Notes: a model not told the origin generated them from the letters alone. Counted from the first letter of the stretch, positions 36,651-45,976 are shown. The stretch is 49,694 nt of DNA from Candidatus Omnitrophota bacterium (GCA_016783715.1 JADHWA010000002.1:1-49694); one strand, 5' to 3'. A program made the numbers and translations.

Positions 36651-38063
36651 CTATAGCCCTAGGGCTTCTTCACCAGCTTCTAACACCTCAATCAAGAGGT
36701 TAACGATATGCGGGTTGAACTGCGTGCCTTTATTTTTCTCCAATTCCTTGACAGCATCGCTTTTACTGAAGGCAGCTCGATATGCTCTACTGGAAGTAAG
36801 CGCATCGTATGCATCGGCCACCGCTAAAATTTGCGCAAAGACATTAATGTTATCCCCGGCGAGTTTATCAGGATAGCCGGTACCGTCATATCGTTCATGA
36901 TGTCCCCGCACGACTGTCAACATCTCGGCATTTAACAATATCGGTCTTAGGATATCTTCGGCGATAACCGGATGTCTGCGAATCAAAGACCACTCATTGT
37001 CGGTCAGCTTTCCTTTTTTATTCAGGACGCTCTCCTTGATCCCTAACTTCCCGATATCATGGAGCAGAGCCGTCTCCCTGAGTAACTCAATCTGTTCATC
37101 TGTAAAGTTCATTTTAGCGGCGATCTTGACGGCGTAATCCGCTACCCTTTCTGAATGCCCTCCTGTATACGGATCCCTGGCCTCGATGATCTGAATCAAT
37201 GATTGGATCACGCGATAGAAATAACTATGCACCCGTCTTCTTGAACGGTAGAGGATATTGGCCATCTTATTGAAATGCCTGGCCAATTCACTTATCTCAT
37301 CGCCCCCCTCAATCCTTACCTGATACTGAAGGTCACCCATAGCGATATGACGGGTTCCTTCCACTAGCTTCCTGATCGGACCGGTTAATCTCCTTGAAAA
37401 TAATATCCCTAAAATTCCAGAAAAAACCACCCCTAAAAGCAGTATAATCAGCGCGCGCTTCTGCAGCGCCCTCCGGGTTAGATAAAGATCTTTGGCTCCG
37501 ACATCTATCCCGAGTATGGCTATGACCTTCCCGCTTGGATCATATATCGGTGAATACCCGGATAACGTAACTCCCCATTCATCAATCTTGAGCCTCTCGT
37601 CTGCGCTCGGCTCGCTAAATGCCTTCAACGCCTCCGGAAAGCCAGAGGCATCGAATTTATTCCCGGGGTAAGAGGTCATCCCCCTGTTCCTCTGTGCCCC
37701 CATGTATGGATCAGCATCGACGATAAACTGCAAGACCCCCGGCTGATCAGTCTTGGCTAAGGTGTAAATAAAACGCACCGAACGGTTCGCCTTCTTGATC
37801 CGACGTAATTCATCCATTACTTCCTTATATGCATGGGTCGCCGCACCCTGATACTCCATCGGCACCCGCATCAGCATATCCGGATTGATCATAAGAGCAG
37901 ATGTCCCGGCAAGCATCATCAGTTTTGACCGGAGCTGATTGAACTGTTTATCCATAGCAAATCTATAGATCAGAAAATTGCTTAGCGTCCCCATAAAAAT
38001 CATCGAAGCCACCAGTATCAGCGTAAGCTTAGTCTGAAAACTATTTATGCGAAATTTTATCAT
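36651..38063 (-). CDS. HD-GYP domain c-di-GMP phosphodiesterase with periplasmic sensor and HAMP
   Basis: Two TM segments around a sensor domain, a HAMP domain, HDIGK, and HHERYDGTGYP. Confidence 0.9.
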   Translation of the reverse strand: MIKFRINSFQTKLTLILVASMIFMGTLSNFLIYRFAMDKQFNQLRSKLMMLAGTSALMINPDMLMRVPMEYQGAATHAYKEVMDELRRIKKANRSVRFIYTLAKTDQPGVLQFIVDADPYMGAQRNRGMTSYPGNKFDASGFPEALKAFSEPSADERLKIDEWGVTLSGYSPIYDPSGKVIAILGIDVGAKDLYLTRRALQKRALIILLLGVVFSGILGILFSRRLTGPIRKLVEGTRHIAMGDLQYQVRIEGGDEISELARHFNKMANILYRSRRRVHSYFYRVIQSLIQIIEARDPYTGGHSERVADYAVKIAAKMNFTDEQIELLRETALLHDIGKLGIKESVLNKKGKLTDNEWSLIRRHPVIAEDILRPILLNAEMLTVVRGHHERYDGTGYPDKLAGDNINVFAQILAVADAYDALTSSRAYRAAFSKSDAVKELEKNKGTQFNPHIVNLLIEVLEAGEEALGL

Positions 38064-38093
38064 TTTTTCCTTTTAAGCTTAACCTAACCCTAC

Positions 38094-38309
38094 TTCAATA
38101 AGCACATCACTTAGCGAGTGCTAACGAAGCTAAGTGATAAGTGCGCATTGAACCCTGCACCCAAACAAGTAACAGTAGATACAAAACTGGGTGCGGGGTA
38201 AATTCGGGCACGGCCCATGGCTTACGTCATTTTCCCGCCAATCATTTACTTGTATCGCGGGATCCCGCCTCGATTCTATTTAGAATGGCGGGACATTCCG
38301 TAAGTCATG
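38094..38309. repeat. modular hairpin element, copy 4 (modules A+B+extended C)
   Basis: Module A at 38094-38152. Module B at 38152-38163 and 38188-38199. AAATTCGG at 38200-38207. Module C outer stem at 38216-38226 and 38299-38309, enclosing TCCCGCC/GGCGGGA and the palindrome GCGGGATCCCGC. Confidence 0.8.
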
Positions 38310-38318
38310 CCCTCACTT

Positions 38319-38346
38319 ATGATAATATAAATGCGCGATAATTCAA
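38319..38346 (-). promoter_or_regulatory. candidate promoter upstream of element copy 4 and the HD-GYP gene
   Basis: Minus strand reads TTGAAT (38346-38341), 16 nt, TATCAT (38324-38319). Confidence 0.35.
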
Positions 38347-38387
38347 ATATTTTTGCGACCGAACACTCCCCCAGTTAATACACTCTC

Positions 38388-39197
38388 TCAACCTGCCATT
38401 AAATTTAAGAGAAGCTGTAAGAATCTTATGACTTCAAAAGTATTTTTTAGATAATACTGCGCGGATGACTTTTTTGGCTCTCCGACAAAAATCGTAATTC
38501 CTCTTCTCTTTAGCACCCTGAAAGCATCCTCGTCGGTCTTATCATCGCCTATATAAATCGGAGTTGCCCCTTTTAGCTTATTTTTCTTAAGTAACCAGGA
38601 GACGATCTTGCCTTTATCCCATTCTATCGGGGGTCTTACCTCAAAGACTTTCTTTCCTCCTCTTACCTTAATCAAATTCCCTGCCAGCGCTCCCCTGACT
38701 GTCCGTCGGAAAGCAGCCTTCAATCCAGATAGCTTACTGTCGGGTGTCATCCGGTAGTGGATACTCAGGGTAAGCCCCTTATCTTCAACAATCGCGCCCT
38801 TAAATTGCCTTAGCCGCTTATTCAAATCGCGTTTAATCTGTTTAAGCGTCCTTTTATATTCAGCTGAAAGATTATTGGCCGGCTTCAATTTAACTCCAGA
38901 TACTTCCAGACCGTGGTTTCCCGAATAGATGATACTCTTCACCCCCACCCTGATCCTGAGATCCTTCAGGGATCTTCCACTGATCACTGCCAGACAGACC
39001 TTCTGCCTAAGGGAGAGTCTTTTCAGCAATTTTTTACATTTCTTTGATATTTTGGCTTTTTTGGGGTGGCTGACGATCGGGGACAGAGTTCCGTCGTAAT
39101 CCAGGAAGAGAAAGATCTTTCTTTTGGCTAGGCGGCTTTGGAGTTGCTTACGATGATCAAACAGATATCTCATGCGGGTATTATTCTTTAAACTCAA
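38388..39197 (-). CDS. otsB: trehalose-phosphatase
   Basis: HAD motif I FLDYDGTL and motif IV GDDKTDEDAF. Overlaps otsA. Confidence 0.85.
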   Translation of the reverse strand: MSLKNNTRMRYLFDHRKQLQSRLAKRKIFLFLDYDGTLSPIVSHPKKAKISKKCKKLLKRLSLRQKVCLAVISGRSLKDLRIRVGVKSIIYSGNHGLEVSGVKLKPANNLSAEYKRTLKQIKRDLNKRLRQFKGAIVEDKGLTLSIHYRMTPDSKLSGLKAAFRRTVRGALAGNLIKVRGGKKVFEVRPPIEWDKGKIVSWLLKKNKLKGATPIYIGDDKTDEDAFRVLKRRGITIFVGEPKKSSAQYYLKNTFEVIRFLQLLLNLMAG

Positions 39198-40659
39198 ACT
39201 TCAGCAATTCCGACAGAATCTTTCCTGCCCAGCGGAAAATATTATTCTGCTGAACTACATGGCGAATCTTAACCATCCGTTTCTTGATCTCTTTATCGGA
39301 GAGTTTCAGCGCCGAATATATCCCTTCACTAAACTGCTCGGGATCATATGGATTGATAAAAACCGCCTCCGACAGCTCACGCGCGGCTCCGGTGAATTTA
39401 CTTAAAATCAATACTCCTTTTTCATCAGAACGGCTGGATAAGAATTCCTTGGCTACAAGATTCATGCCGTCATGCAATGAACTGACAATACAGAGGTCAC
39501 AGATTTGATATAAGGCTATTAATTCAAAGAAGGTCAAGTGCCTTCTTACCATGATCACCGGCTGCCAGTTATCGGTCGAATGCTTCCAGTTTATCTCTTC
39601 TACCATGGCATTGATCTCATCGTTGAGCGCCTTGTATCGCGGAATATGTATACGGCTTAAAACACCCATCTGCAAGAATATTGCTTTCTCTTTTAATTCC
39701 GGATGCTCATCAAAGAGCCGGTCAATCGCACGCAGCCTCTCCGGGATCCCCTTAGTATAGTCAATCCGGTCAATACCTAGCATCACTTTGTAACCGGCTA
39801 AACCGAACTCCTCGACCAGGATATGTTTTGCCTTGGAGATTTCGGAAGTTTTGGAGATCTCGTTTATGCCATCGAAGTCAACACTGATCGGATAAGGCCG
39901 GATCAATGTTTCATGGCCCTTGCGGGTAACCGAAAAGCGCTCTCTGTTAATCTTACTTTCGATCTCGCGGTCTACCGCGTCCAAAAAGTTTTCACAATGA
40001 GAACGGATATGAAAACCCAGCAGATCATTGGCCAAGAGGCCTTCCAGTATCTGTTTTTTCTGCGGACAGATCCTGAACGCCTCGTAATTCGGCCAGGGGA
40101 TATGCCAAAAGTGCGCCACAACCAATTGATTCGGTGCCATCTCCTTTAGAAATTTAGGTAAGAGGCATAGGTGATAATCCTGAACCCAGACAAATGCCTT
40201 TCTGTCTCCAACCTCCTCGATTACTGCCTTGGCAAATTTTTCATTAACCTTCACATAATATGGCCAATCCTCTTCACGGAAGATCGGGCGCTGGAAGGCC
40301 ATATGACACAGAGGCCAGAGGGCTTCATTCGAATAGCCGTAGTAATAACCCTTCTCCTCCTCTTTAGTAAACCAGACCCGCTTTAATGTATAAGATTGGT
40401 TATCCGGGGGGACCTTTAGTTTACCTTTATTATCAGCTACCTTGCGGTCTGCTTCCCCGCTTCCAAATGCCACCCAAAGCCCGTTACAGGCCTGCATCAC
40501 AGGATCCAATGCTGTAATTACGCCTCCGGCTCCCCTCTGCCATTCAACCTTGCCCTTCTTTAAAACATGGACATAAGGCTCCCTGTTAGATACGACGATA
40601 AACAGATAATCGCCCATCTTGTCTTTAATCAGGTGCTGCAGATCTTTTCTAGTCCACAT
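39181..40659 (-). CDS. otsA: alpha,alpha-trehalose-phosphate synthase (GT20)
   Basis: VSNREP start block, the run YYYGYSNEALWPLCH, QDYHL, and DGMNLVAKEF. Confidence 0.9.
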   Translation of the reverse strand: MWTRKDLQHLIKDKMGDYLFIVVSNREPYVHVLKKGKVEWQRGAGGVITALDPVMQACNGLWVAFGSGEADRKVADNKGKLKVPPDNQSYTLKRVWFTKEEEKGYYYGYSNEALWPLCHMAFQRPIFREEDWPYYVKVNEKFAKAVIEEVGDRKAFVWVQDYHLCLLPKFLKEMAPNQLVVAHFWHIPWPNYEAFRICPQKKQILEGLLANDLLGFHIRSHCENFLDAVDREIESKINRERFSVTRKGHETLIRPYPISVDFDGINEISKTSEISKAKHILVEEFGLAGYKVMLGIDRIDYTKGIPERLRAIDRLFDEHPELKEKAIFLQMGVLSRIHIPRYKALNDEINAMVEEINWKHSTDNWQPVIMVRRHLTFFELIALYQICDLCIVSSLHDGMNLVAKEFLSSRSDEKGVLILSKFTGAARELSEAVFINPYDPEQFSEGIYSALKLSDKEIKKRMVKIRHVVQQNNIFRWAGKILSELLKFEFKE

Positions 40660-40746
40660 ATCTATATCCTGGTATAATCATCAGGCATAATCATAGATTA
40701 TACCTGATCAAGACATCCTCTTGTTTTCCATTATATAATGTCCTCT

Positions 40747-41049
40747 TTATTGCAGGCGCACGCTTAAATCAAGCAACGTTTGAATCAGGAATGACCTTAA
40801 AAACATTATGATTAAGAATGCAACCAGAGGCGACAGGTCTATCCCCAGTTTTAATTGCCGCGGCAGGATCTTCCTGATCGGATAGAGTATCGGCTCTGTA
40901 GTCTTATATAAAAACTGCACGACCGGATTATATGGATTGGGGCTTACCCAGCTGATCAAGGCCCTGATTAAGATCAACCACCAGAGCACATTGAAGACAA
41001 CATCCAGAATCCTTGCCAATGCCACTAAAAGGTTTGAAACTGCAAACAC
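40747..41049 (-). CDS. yggT: YggT family membrane protein
   Basis: 100 aa with two TM pairs. LIRALISWV....NP and the EPILYPIRKILP motif. GTG start. Confidence 0.8.
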   Translation of the reverse strand: MFAVSNLLVALARILDVVFNVLWWLILIRALISWVSPNPYNPVVQFLYKTTEPILYPIRKILPRQLKLGIDLSPLVAFLIIMFLRSFLIQTLLDLSVRLQ

Positions 41050-41184
41050 TACGCCTTCTCCTGAACAATCATAGTCATTCTCTGGCTCATTATTTACTCT
41101 CCTCCTGAAATATTAATCGACGAGCTATTATTATACACCTACCGGCCGATTAATTCAAGGACAAAAAGGCGACGCTCAATACTA

Positions 41185-41213
41185 TTGACTTTAATGCGTT
41201 ATTGTTATAGACT
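41185..41213 (+). promoter_or_regulatory. sigma70-type promoter of the GGDEF gene (leaderless configuration)
   Basis: TTGACT (41185-41190), 17 nt, TAGACT (41208-41213), 7 nt, ATG (41221). Confidence 0.45.
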
Positions 41214-41220
41214 TATTTTC

Positions 41221-42792
41221 ATGGCAGAATTGCGCTTTACCCTCCAAAATCGTGTTACAACTCTAATTATAATCTCTTCCATGCTCTTTATTAGTGTCTT
41301 TACCTTTATACAGGTAAATAGCCGCATTGAAAGCATCAACAGCCAGAACGCCTATCAGGCGAACCTCTCCAGCGCGGTAGTCAAAAATAATCTGGAAGCC
41401 ACGCTGAAGGAGTCAGAAGCCCAAAAACAGAAACAAGAACAAATCCTTGCGAAAAAACAAGAAATCACCAATACACTAGAGCAGCTCAGAAGCCAAGAAG
41501 AAGAACTGAACACTGCGATAGAACGGATCTCATCCGAGGAATTAGACCCGGAGCAAAAACAGAGATTAGATAACGCCCTAAAGCAGATTCAGGAGCAAAG
41601 GAAAGAATTAGAGGCTGTGCTAAAATCAATTTCTGCACAGGAAACGATGCATGAGCAGACACTAGATGAATTCTTTGACTTGGGCCTAGAGAACCTCAAG
41701 CAGGGCAAAGTTATAGATCAAGTGGTAATCTTTAACCGGGATGGCGAAATTGTATCTTCGACGATATCCGGGGAGATCGGAAAACAGATGATATACCGGG
41801 ACTTGAATATATTCGAAACCCTGAATGACCCTTCAGAGGACAAGTGGTTGATCTCAAAAATCGATAGGGCAAAGAATCAGCTCAATATATATATCGGCCT
41901 AAAAAAAGAAAGAACAGAAAATATCTCTTATATCGCCAAGCTCTCCTTCCCTTTTGCCAGTATCCAGGATGCGCTGACGCAAGTATATAAACCGGTAATT
42001 GTCACCAGCTTAATCATAATCCTGGCAAACATACTGTTTGGTTTCCTGCTCTCTAAGACCGTTATCGGCCCGATAAAAGTCCTGAATCAGACGACTAAAA
42101 TCATCGGCTCTGGAGATCTATCGGTGAGGACGGATATACGTACCGGGGATGAACTACAGGAATTAGGCGATACCTTCAACTTTATGACCGAGGAGTTAGT
42201 CAAGATGAAGGCGCGCGCAGAAAACGCAAACCCTCTCACCAAGCTCCCAGGAAACATATCGATCCATGATCGGATCGACGCCGAGATCAAAGGAAATAAA
42301 AAGTTTATGGTGATCTATTGCGACCTCGATAATTTTAAGGCCTTTAATGATAAGTATGGAATCGCCCAGGGCGATGTGGCGATAAAACTAACCTCTGAAG
42401 TATTTAAGGAAGCGGCCCAAAAAAAGGGAAACCCGGATGATTTCCTAGGGCACGAAGGCGGTGACGATTTTATCCTGGTTACTACTCCGGATAAAGCTAA
42501 AGGTATCGCCGATCATATCACCTCTGAATTCGATAAGCGCGTGCGAAAGCTGTATTCCCAAGAAGACCTCACTCAGGGACACATAGTCGCGCATGGCCGG
42601 GACGGTAGCGTAAAAGAGTTTCCGATAATGTCCATCTCTTTAGCCGGTATAACTAATCAGGTGCGTAAGATCTCTAGCTATGGACAAGTAACTAACATTG
42701 CCGCGGAAGTCAAGAAGAAAGCGAAAGCGGTTGCCGGCAGCACATTTGTAATTGATGAAAGAACCGGAGACAAAGGCCCCCCTCCTAAATAA
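41221..42792 (+). CDS. membrane-bound HAMP-GGDEF domain protein (variant GGDDF motif)
   Basis: TM, Q/E-rich coiled coil, sensor region, TM, HAMP, then a GGDEF fold (YCDLDNFKAFND, GGDDFILV). Confidence 0.85.
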   Translation: MAELRFTLQNRVTTLIIISSMLFISVFTFIQVNSRIESINSQNAYQANLSSAVVKNNLEATLKESEAQKQKQEQILAKKQEITNTLEQLRSQEEELNTAIERISSEELDPEQKQRLDNALKQIQEQRKELEAVLKSISAQETMHEQTLDEFFDLGLENLKQGKVIDQVVIFNRDGEIVSSTISGEIGKQMIYRDLNIFETLNDPSEDKWLISKIDRAKNQLNIYIGLKKERTENISYIAKLSFPFASIQDALTQVYKPVIVTSLIIILANILFGFLLSKTVIGPIKVLNQTTKIIGSGDLSVRTDIRTGDELQELGDTFNFMTEELVKMKARAENANPLTKLPGNISIHDRIDAEIKGNKKFMVIYCDLDNFKAFNDKYGIAQGDVAIKLTSEVFKEAAQKKGNPDDFLGHEGGDDFILVTTPDKAKGIADHITSEFDKRVRKLYSQEDLTQGHIVAHGRDGSVKEFPIMSISLAGITNQVRKISSYGQVTNIAAEVKKKAKAVAGSTFVIDERTGDKGPPPK

Positions 42793-43885
42793 CATTTTTC
42801 AGGAGTACCTTTAATATCCCAGCGATCTGTGGTAGGTTGGCGGGACGTCTAATTATCTGAAGCAGCAGTTGTCCGTGATTTTCAAAATCCCCCGTAACTT
42901 CGATGATCTTCTTTTGGCCTTTTAAAAAATTAAATATATCTCTAACTTCTTCCTTTTTAAGCTTACTGTATACATCCTTGGCCTTAAGGCCTATCTTTAT
43001 CTCTGAAGCAAAGTTACGTTTCCATAAACGGTCATAATCATCAAGGCGGCCATCCTTAATGCAGGATGCCAATATCGCAGCGCACTTTAATCCGAAATAT
43101 ACCCCTCCGTAACTTAATGGTTTTATCTGACAGGCGGCATCACCGACAAGTGCGATATCATCCTTTACGGTATGCTCGCAGATGCCAATTGAAGCGAGTC
43201 CTCCGAACTTTCCTATCAGCTCCCCCTCTATCTTCCTTTCTTTCAAAAAAACAGAGAGGTCACGATGTGGATTCTCTGAAATCGTGCCTATGCGCACAAA
43301 ATCATCTTTCTCCGGAACGATCCAGAGAAAAGAATTCTCCTTTAAGAACACCTCGACGAAATCTCTACGCCTTGGCTTAGTTTTCATCTTCAACTGCAAT
43401 CCGCGGTAAGAACGAACACTCTTATCGGGATTGATTATTTTTCTTAAAGAAGAATTGGCCCCCTCGGCCCCGATAACTATATCAGCGTTTATCTCCTCCT
43501 TATCTGTCTGAACGATATATCCGCGCTCATTCCTCTCCAGTCCTAAAAACTTATTATCAAATAGTATATCAAGATCTCTGCTTAAGTTTTTGTCGAAATT
43601 CTCCCGATCTACTATGTAAGCCACCTTTTTCCTGGAGATGGAAAAATTCTCTTTTCCGTAATGTATGAATGCGCCGTTTATGACGTTGATTATGGATGTC
43701 TTAGGAATTGGGAATGGAGCATTCTCGGAGAAGATCCTGCTTCCGATAATGCCGGTGCAATGAACGGGCCGGCCGACTTCAGGGTGCTCCTCGATAAGAA
43801 CCGGTTTAAACCCGTATATCTTTAATAGCTGTGCTGTATAACATCCTGCGGGCCCGGCTCCCACTATTACGATCCTCTTGGACAT
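42785..43885 (-). CDS. geranylgeranyl reductase family FAD-dependent oxidoreductase
   Basis: IVIVGAGPAGC Rossmann start, the HCTG motif, and VGDAA near residue 240. Confidence 0.8.
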   Translation of the reverse strand: MSKRIVIVGAGPAGCYTAQLLKIYGFKPVLIEEHPEVGRPVHCTGIIGSRIFSENAPFPIPKTSIINVINGAFIHYGKENFSISRKKVAYIVDRENFDKNLSRDLDILFDNKFLGLERNERGYIVQTDKEEINADIVIGAEGANSSLRKIINPDKSVRSYRGLQLKMKTKPRRRDFVEVFLKENSFLWIVPEKDDFVRIGTISENPHRDLSVFLKERKIEGELIGKFGGLASIGICEHTVKDDIALVGDAACQIKPLSYGGVYFGLKCAAILASCIKDGRLDDYDRLWKRNFASEIKIGLKAKDVYSKLKKEEVRDIFNFLKGQKKIIEVTGDFENHGQLLLQIIRRPANLPQIAGILKVLLKNVI

Positions 43886-43889
43886 ATGC

Positions 43890-45656
43890 TTACCCAGTAA
43901 CCTCCGGGCCCATCCTTAGCTCTTCTTCAATGCGCCTCATATAATGTTCTGCGCGCTGATAACTCGGATCGACAAGCAGGGCATTTTTAAAATGCTCATA
44001 GGCGTCATCAAGCCTATTTAAATAATAGTGTGCAATTCCTAAATTAAAGTGAGCGTCCGCGAGCTTATCATTCCGTACGGTAGCAATCTTAAAACTCGCC
44101 AGCGCTTTCGAGTAATCCTTCTTCACCCAATAAGCACAACCTAAATTATTATGGGCCAGAGTAAATTCCCTCTTCATGCTGATACTCTTCTCAAGATACT
44201 CGGCTGCCTTCTTCATATCACCTTCTAATATATAAGCATAAGCCAGATTATAATAAAATTCTGGAGCCTCAATTTCCTCGCCCTCAATCCTCTTCTTAAC
44301 CAGAAATTTCTCCCCCAAGTAAATCGCACCGGCGGAATCTTTAGAATTGATAAAAATAAAGATAGCATTAGTCAATACGGATTCATCTTCATCTTCGGAG
44401 GCACCGGAGCCCTTTACTAAGTCTATGGCTTTAATCGCTTCCCTTTGCGCCATCTCGCCTTGACCTTCCCAATAATATCCTAACCCCTTACCTATTATGG
44501 ACATCCCGTCGCTGGGGTCGATATATAATGCCTTTTGAAATGTATCAATTGCCATTGGATACTCTTTAGATCTGAGCAGTGAATACCCTTGATTCCTAAG
44601 ACGATCAACCCTTGTATTTTCTACACTATCCCTAAATTTCTCCATGTAATTTGCCTCTTCACCAGCCAATTCATCAAAATAAAGCATTGCTTCATTAAAT
44701 TCGTCGAGATTAAAATAAGATATATACCCGGATTGCATAATTGCATATTGATGGAAGTATTCGAGCGCGGCCCTGTAGTCCTGGAGTTCATTAAAGGAGA
44801 TCTGAGCCGCATTATAGTAGGCCATAGCCTTACCTTCGTATTCGGGATATTTATCGGCTAAAAGAGCATATCTATCCCGCGATGCTTCATAGTCGCCTTT
44901 CTTATATAAAACATCCGCAATTTGATATTCGCTGGTAATAGAGAGCTTAAGGTCAAGAGCCTCTTTGGCGACTTGATTAAAATAATCTATAGCCTTCTCA
45001 AATTCGCCTGAATTATTAAACGCCCACGCCAAATTGAATTTTGCTTTTTGCGCTATCTCACTCTTTGGATTTATTACTAACAACTCCTCCATAACTCTCT
45101 GGGCCATCTCTAGGTCAAGGAGCGCAATATAAGTATTCTCCAACCTGTAAAGCCCCTCTTGCTTGGCATCCGGATCTCTGATTGCTCTGACTTTCTCGGA
45201 TAGGCTCTTCGCCTGGGCCTGTAACTTTTGAGTATCTGATTCGATCTGCGGTTTAAAGATGAGTTCGTTTATCCGATCCAAAGCACTTAAAAACCCACCC
45301 CTCTCCTTCTCCTTCAGGGCAAGGACATCCTTCAAGAAAAAGCTAACATCACTAATCTGCTCTCTGTCTTTTCCGGTATCGATTATATTCTGTGCGGCAA
45401 CAAGCGCAAGGAATTCCCTCGTCGGGAGGTCTGCTGGAGACATTGCCCCCATAAACTGTACTTTTAAGAGGGGTTTGATTCTCTGAAAATCTTCGGTACT
45501 ATCGGCATAGGCAAGCTGGTCAACCGCAATTCGCAGGTTTATTACCGAGCGGTCGACAACGTAACTATTATAGACCACAAAAAAAACGACTACAAAGCTA
45601 ATAACTGCAATAACTTTGTAGGTTTTTTTAAAAAATAATAATAGGCCAGATGGCAC
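43890..45656 (-). CDS. membrane-anchored tetratricopeptide repeat protein
   Basis: N-terminal TM followed by many TPR units (AxxYxxxAxxxxPxx pattern). GTG start. Confidence 0.8.
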   Translation of the reverse strand: MPSGLLLFFKKTYKVIAVISFVVVFFVVYNSYVVDRSVINLRIAVDQLAYADSTEDFQRIKPLLKVQFMGAMSPADLPTREFLALVAAQNIIDTGKDREQISDVSFFLKDVLALKEKERGGFLSALDRINELIFKPQIESDTQKLQAQAKSLSEKVRAIRDPDAKQEGLYRLENTYIALLDLEMAQRVMEELLVINPKSEIAQKAKFNLAWAFNNSGEFEKAIDYFNQVAKEALDLKLSITSEYQIADVLYKKGDYEASRDRYALLADKYPEYEGKAMAYYNAAQISFNELQDYRAALEYFHQYAIMQSGYISYFNLDEFNEAMLYFDELAGEEANYMEKFRDSVENTRVDRLRNQGYSLLRSKEYPMAIDTFQKALYIDPSDGMSIIGKGLGYYWEGQGEMAQREAIKAIDLVKGSGASEDEDESVLTNAIFIFINSKDSAGAIYLGEKFLVKKRIEGEEIEAPEFYYNLAYAYILEGDMKKAAEYLEKSISMKREFTLAHNNLGCAYWVKKDYSKALASFKIATVRNDKLADAHFNLGIAHYYLNRLDDAYEHFKNALLVDPSYQRAEHYMRRIEEELRMGPEVTG

Positions 45657-45711
45657 CGTATATAACTATCTTAGGGAAAACACTTCTAATAAATAGGATA
45701 TTCTTCGAGGC

Positions 45712-45924
45712 TTATTCTTCTACCCACACAGGAGCGGTCAGCTTAAGATCTCCTGTATCCTCGCGCCTCTCCTGCTTAACCGGCAACTCTTTAAATGAAG
45801 AGGCAGACTTGCCGGCCATATCTTCTGGCACGGCCGCTGATCTGCTCTTTTGAGCCTGAGAGTAAAGATAGACCGCGAATACGCCAACCAATATAATCAA
45901 TAATAGCAAAATTATCTTCTTCAT
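45712..45924 (-). CDS. small membrane-anchored hypothetical protein (70 aa)
   Basis: MKKIILLLLIILVGVFAVYLY anchor. AGGAGG SD about 10 nt upstream and its own promoter. Confidence 0.55.
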   Translation of the reverse strand: MKKIILLLLIILVGVFAVYLYSQAQKSRSAAVPEDMAGKSASSFKELPVKQERREDTGDLKLTAPVWVEE

Positions 45925-45947
45925 AGCTCTTAACCCCTCCTATTAAA

Positions 45948-45976
45948 ATTATGACATATAATGCGAGGCTTGTCAA
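45948..45976 (-). promoter_or_regulatory. sigma70-type promoter of the small membrane protein / TPR operon
   Basis: Minus strand reads TTGACA (45976-45971), 17 nt, CATAAT (45953-45948), followed by an SD-containing leader. Confidence 0.5.

Noticed and set aside
38064-38387. c-di-GMP (GEMM) riboswitch in the long leader of the HD-GYP gene
   Set aside because: There is no GEMM-I or GEMM-II conserved core (no ACGCACAGGGCAAACC-like segment). The same element architecture precedes unrelated genes (yacL, mlaD, htpX).
41185-41220. Twelve extra N-terminal codons of the GGDEF ORF starting at TTG 41185
   Set aside because: The TTG is the first base of a TTGACT -35 box with a well-spaced -10. ATG 41221 precedes the first TM segment.
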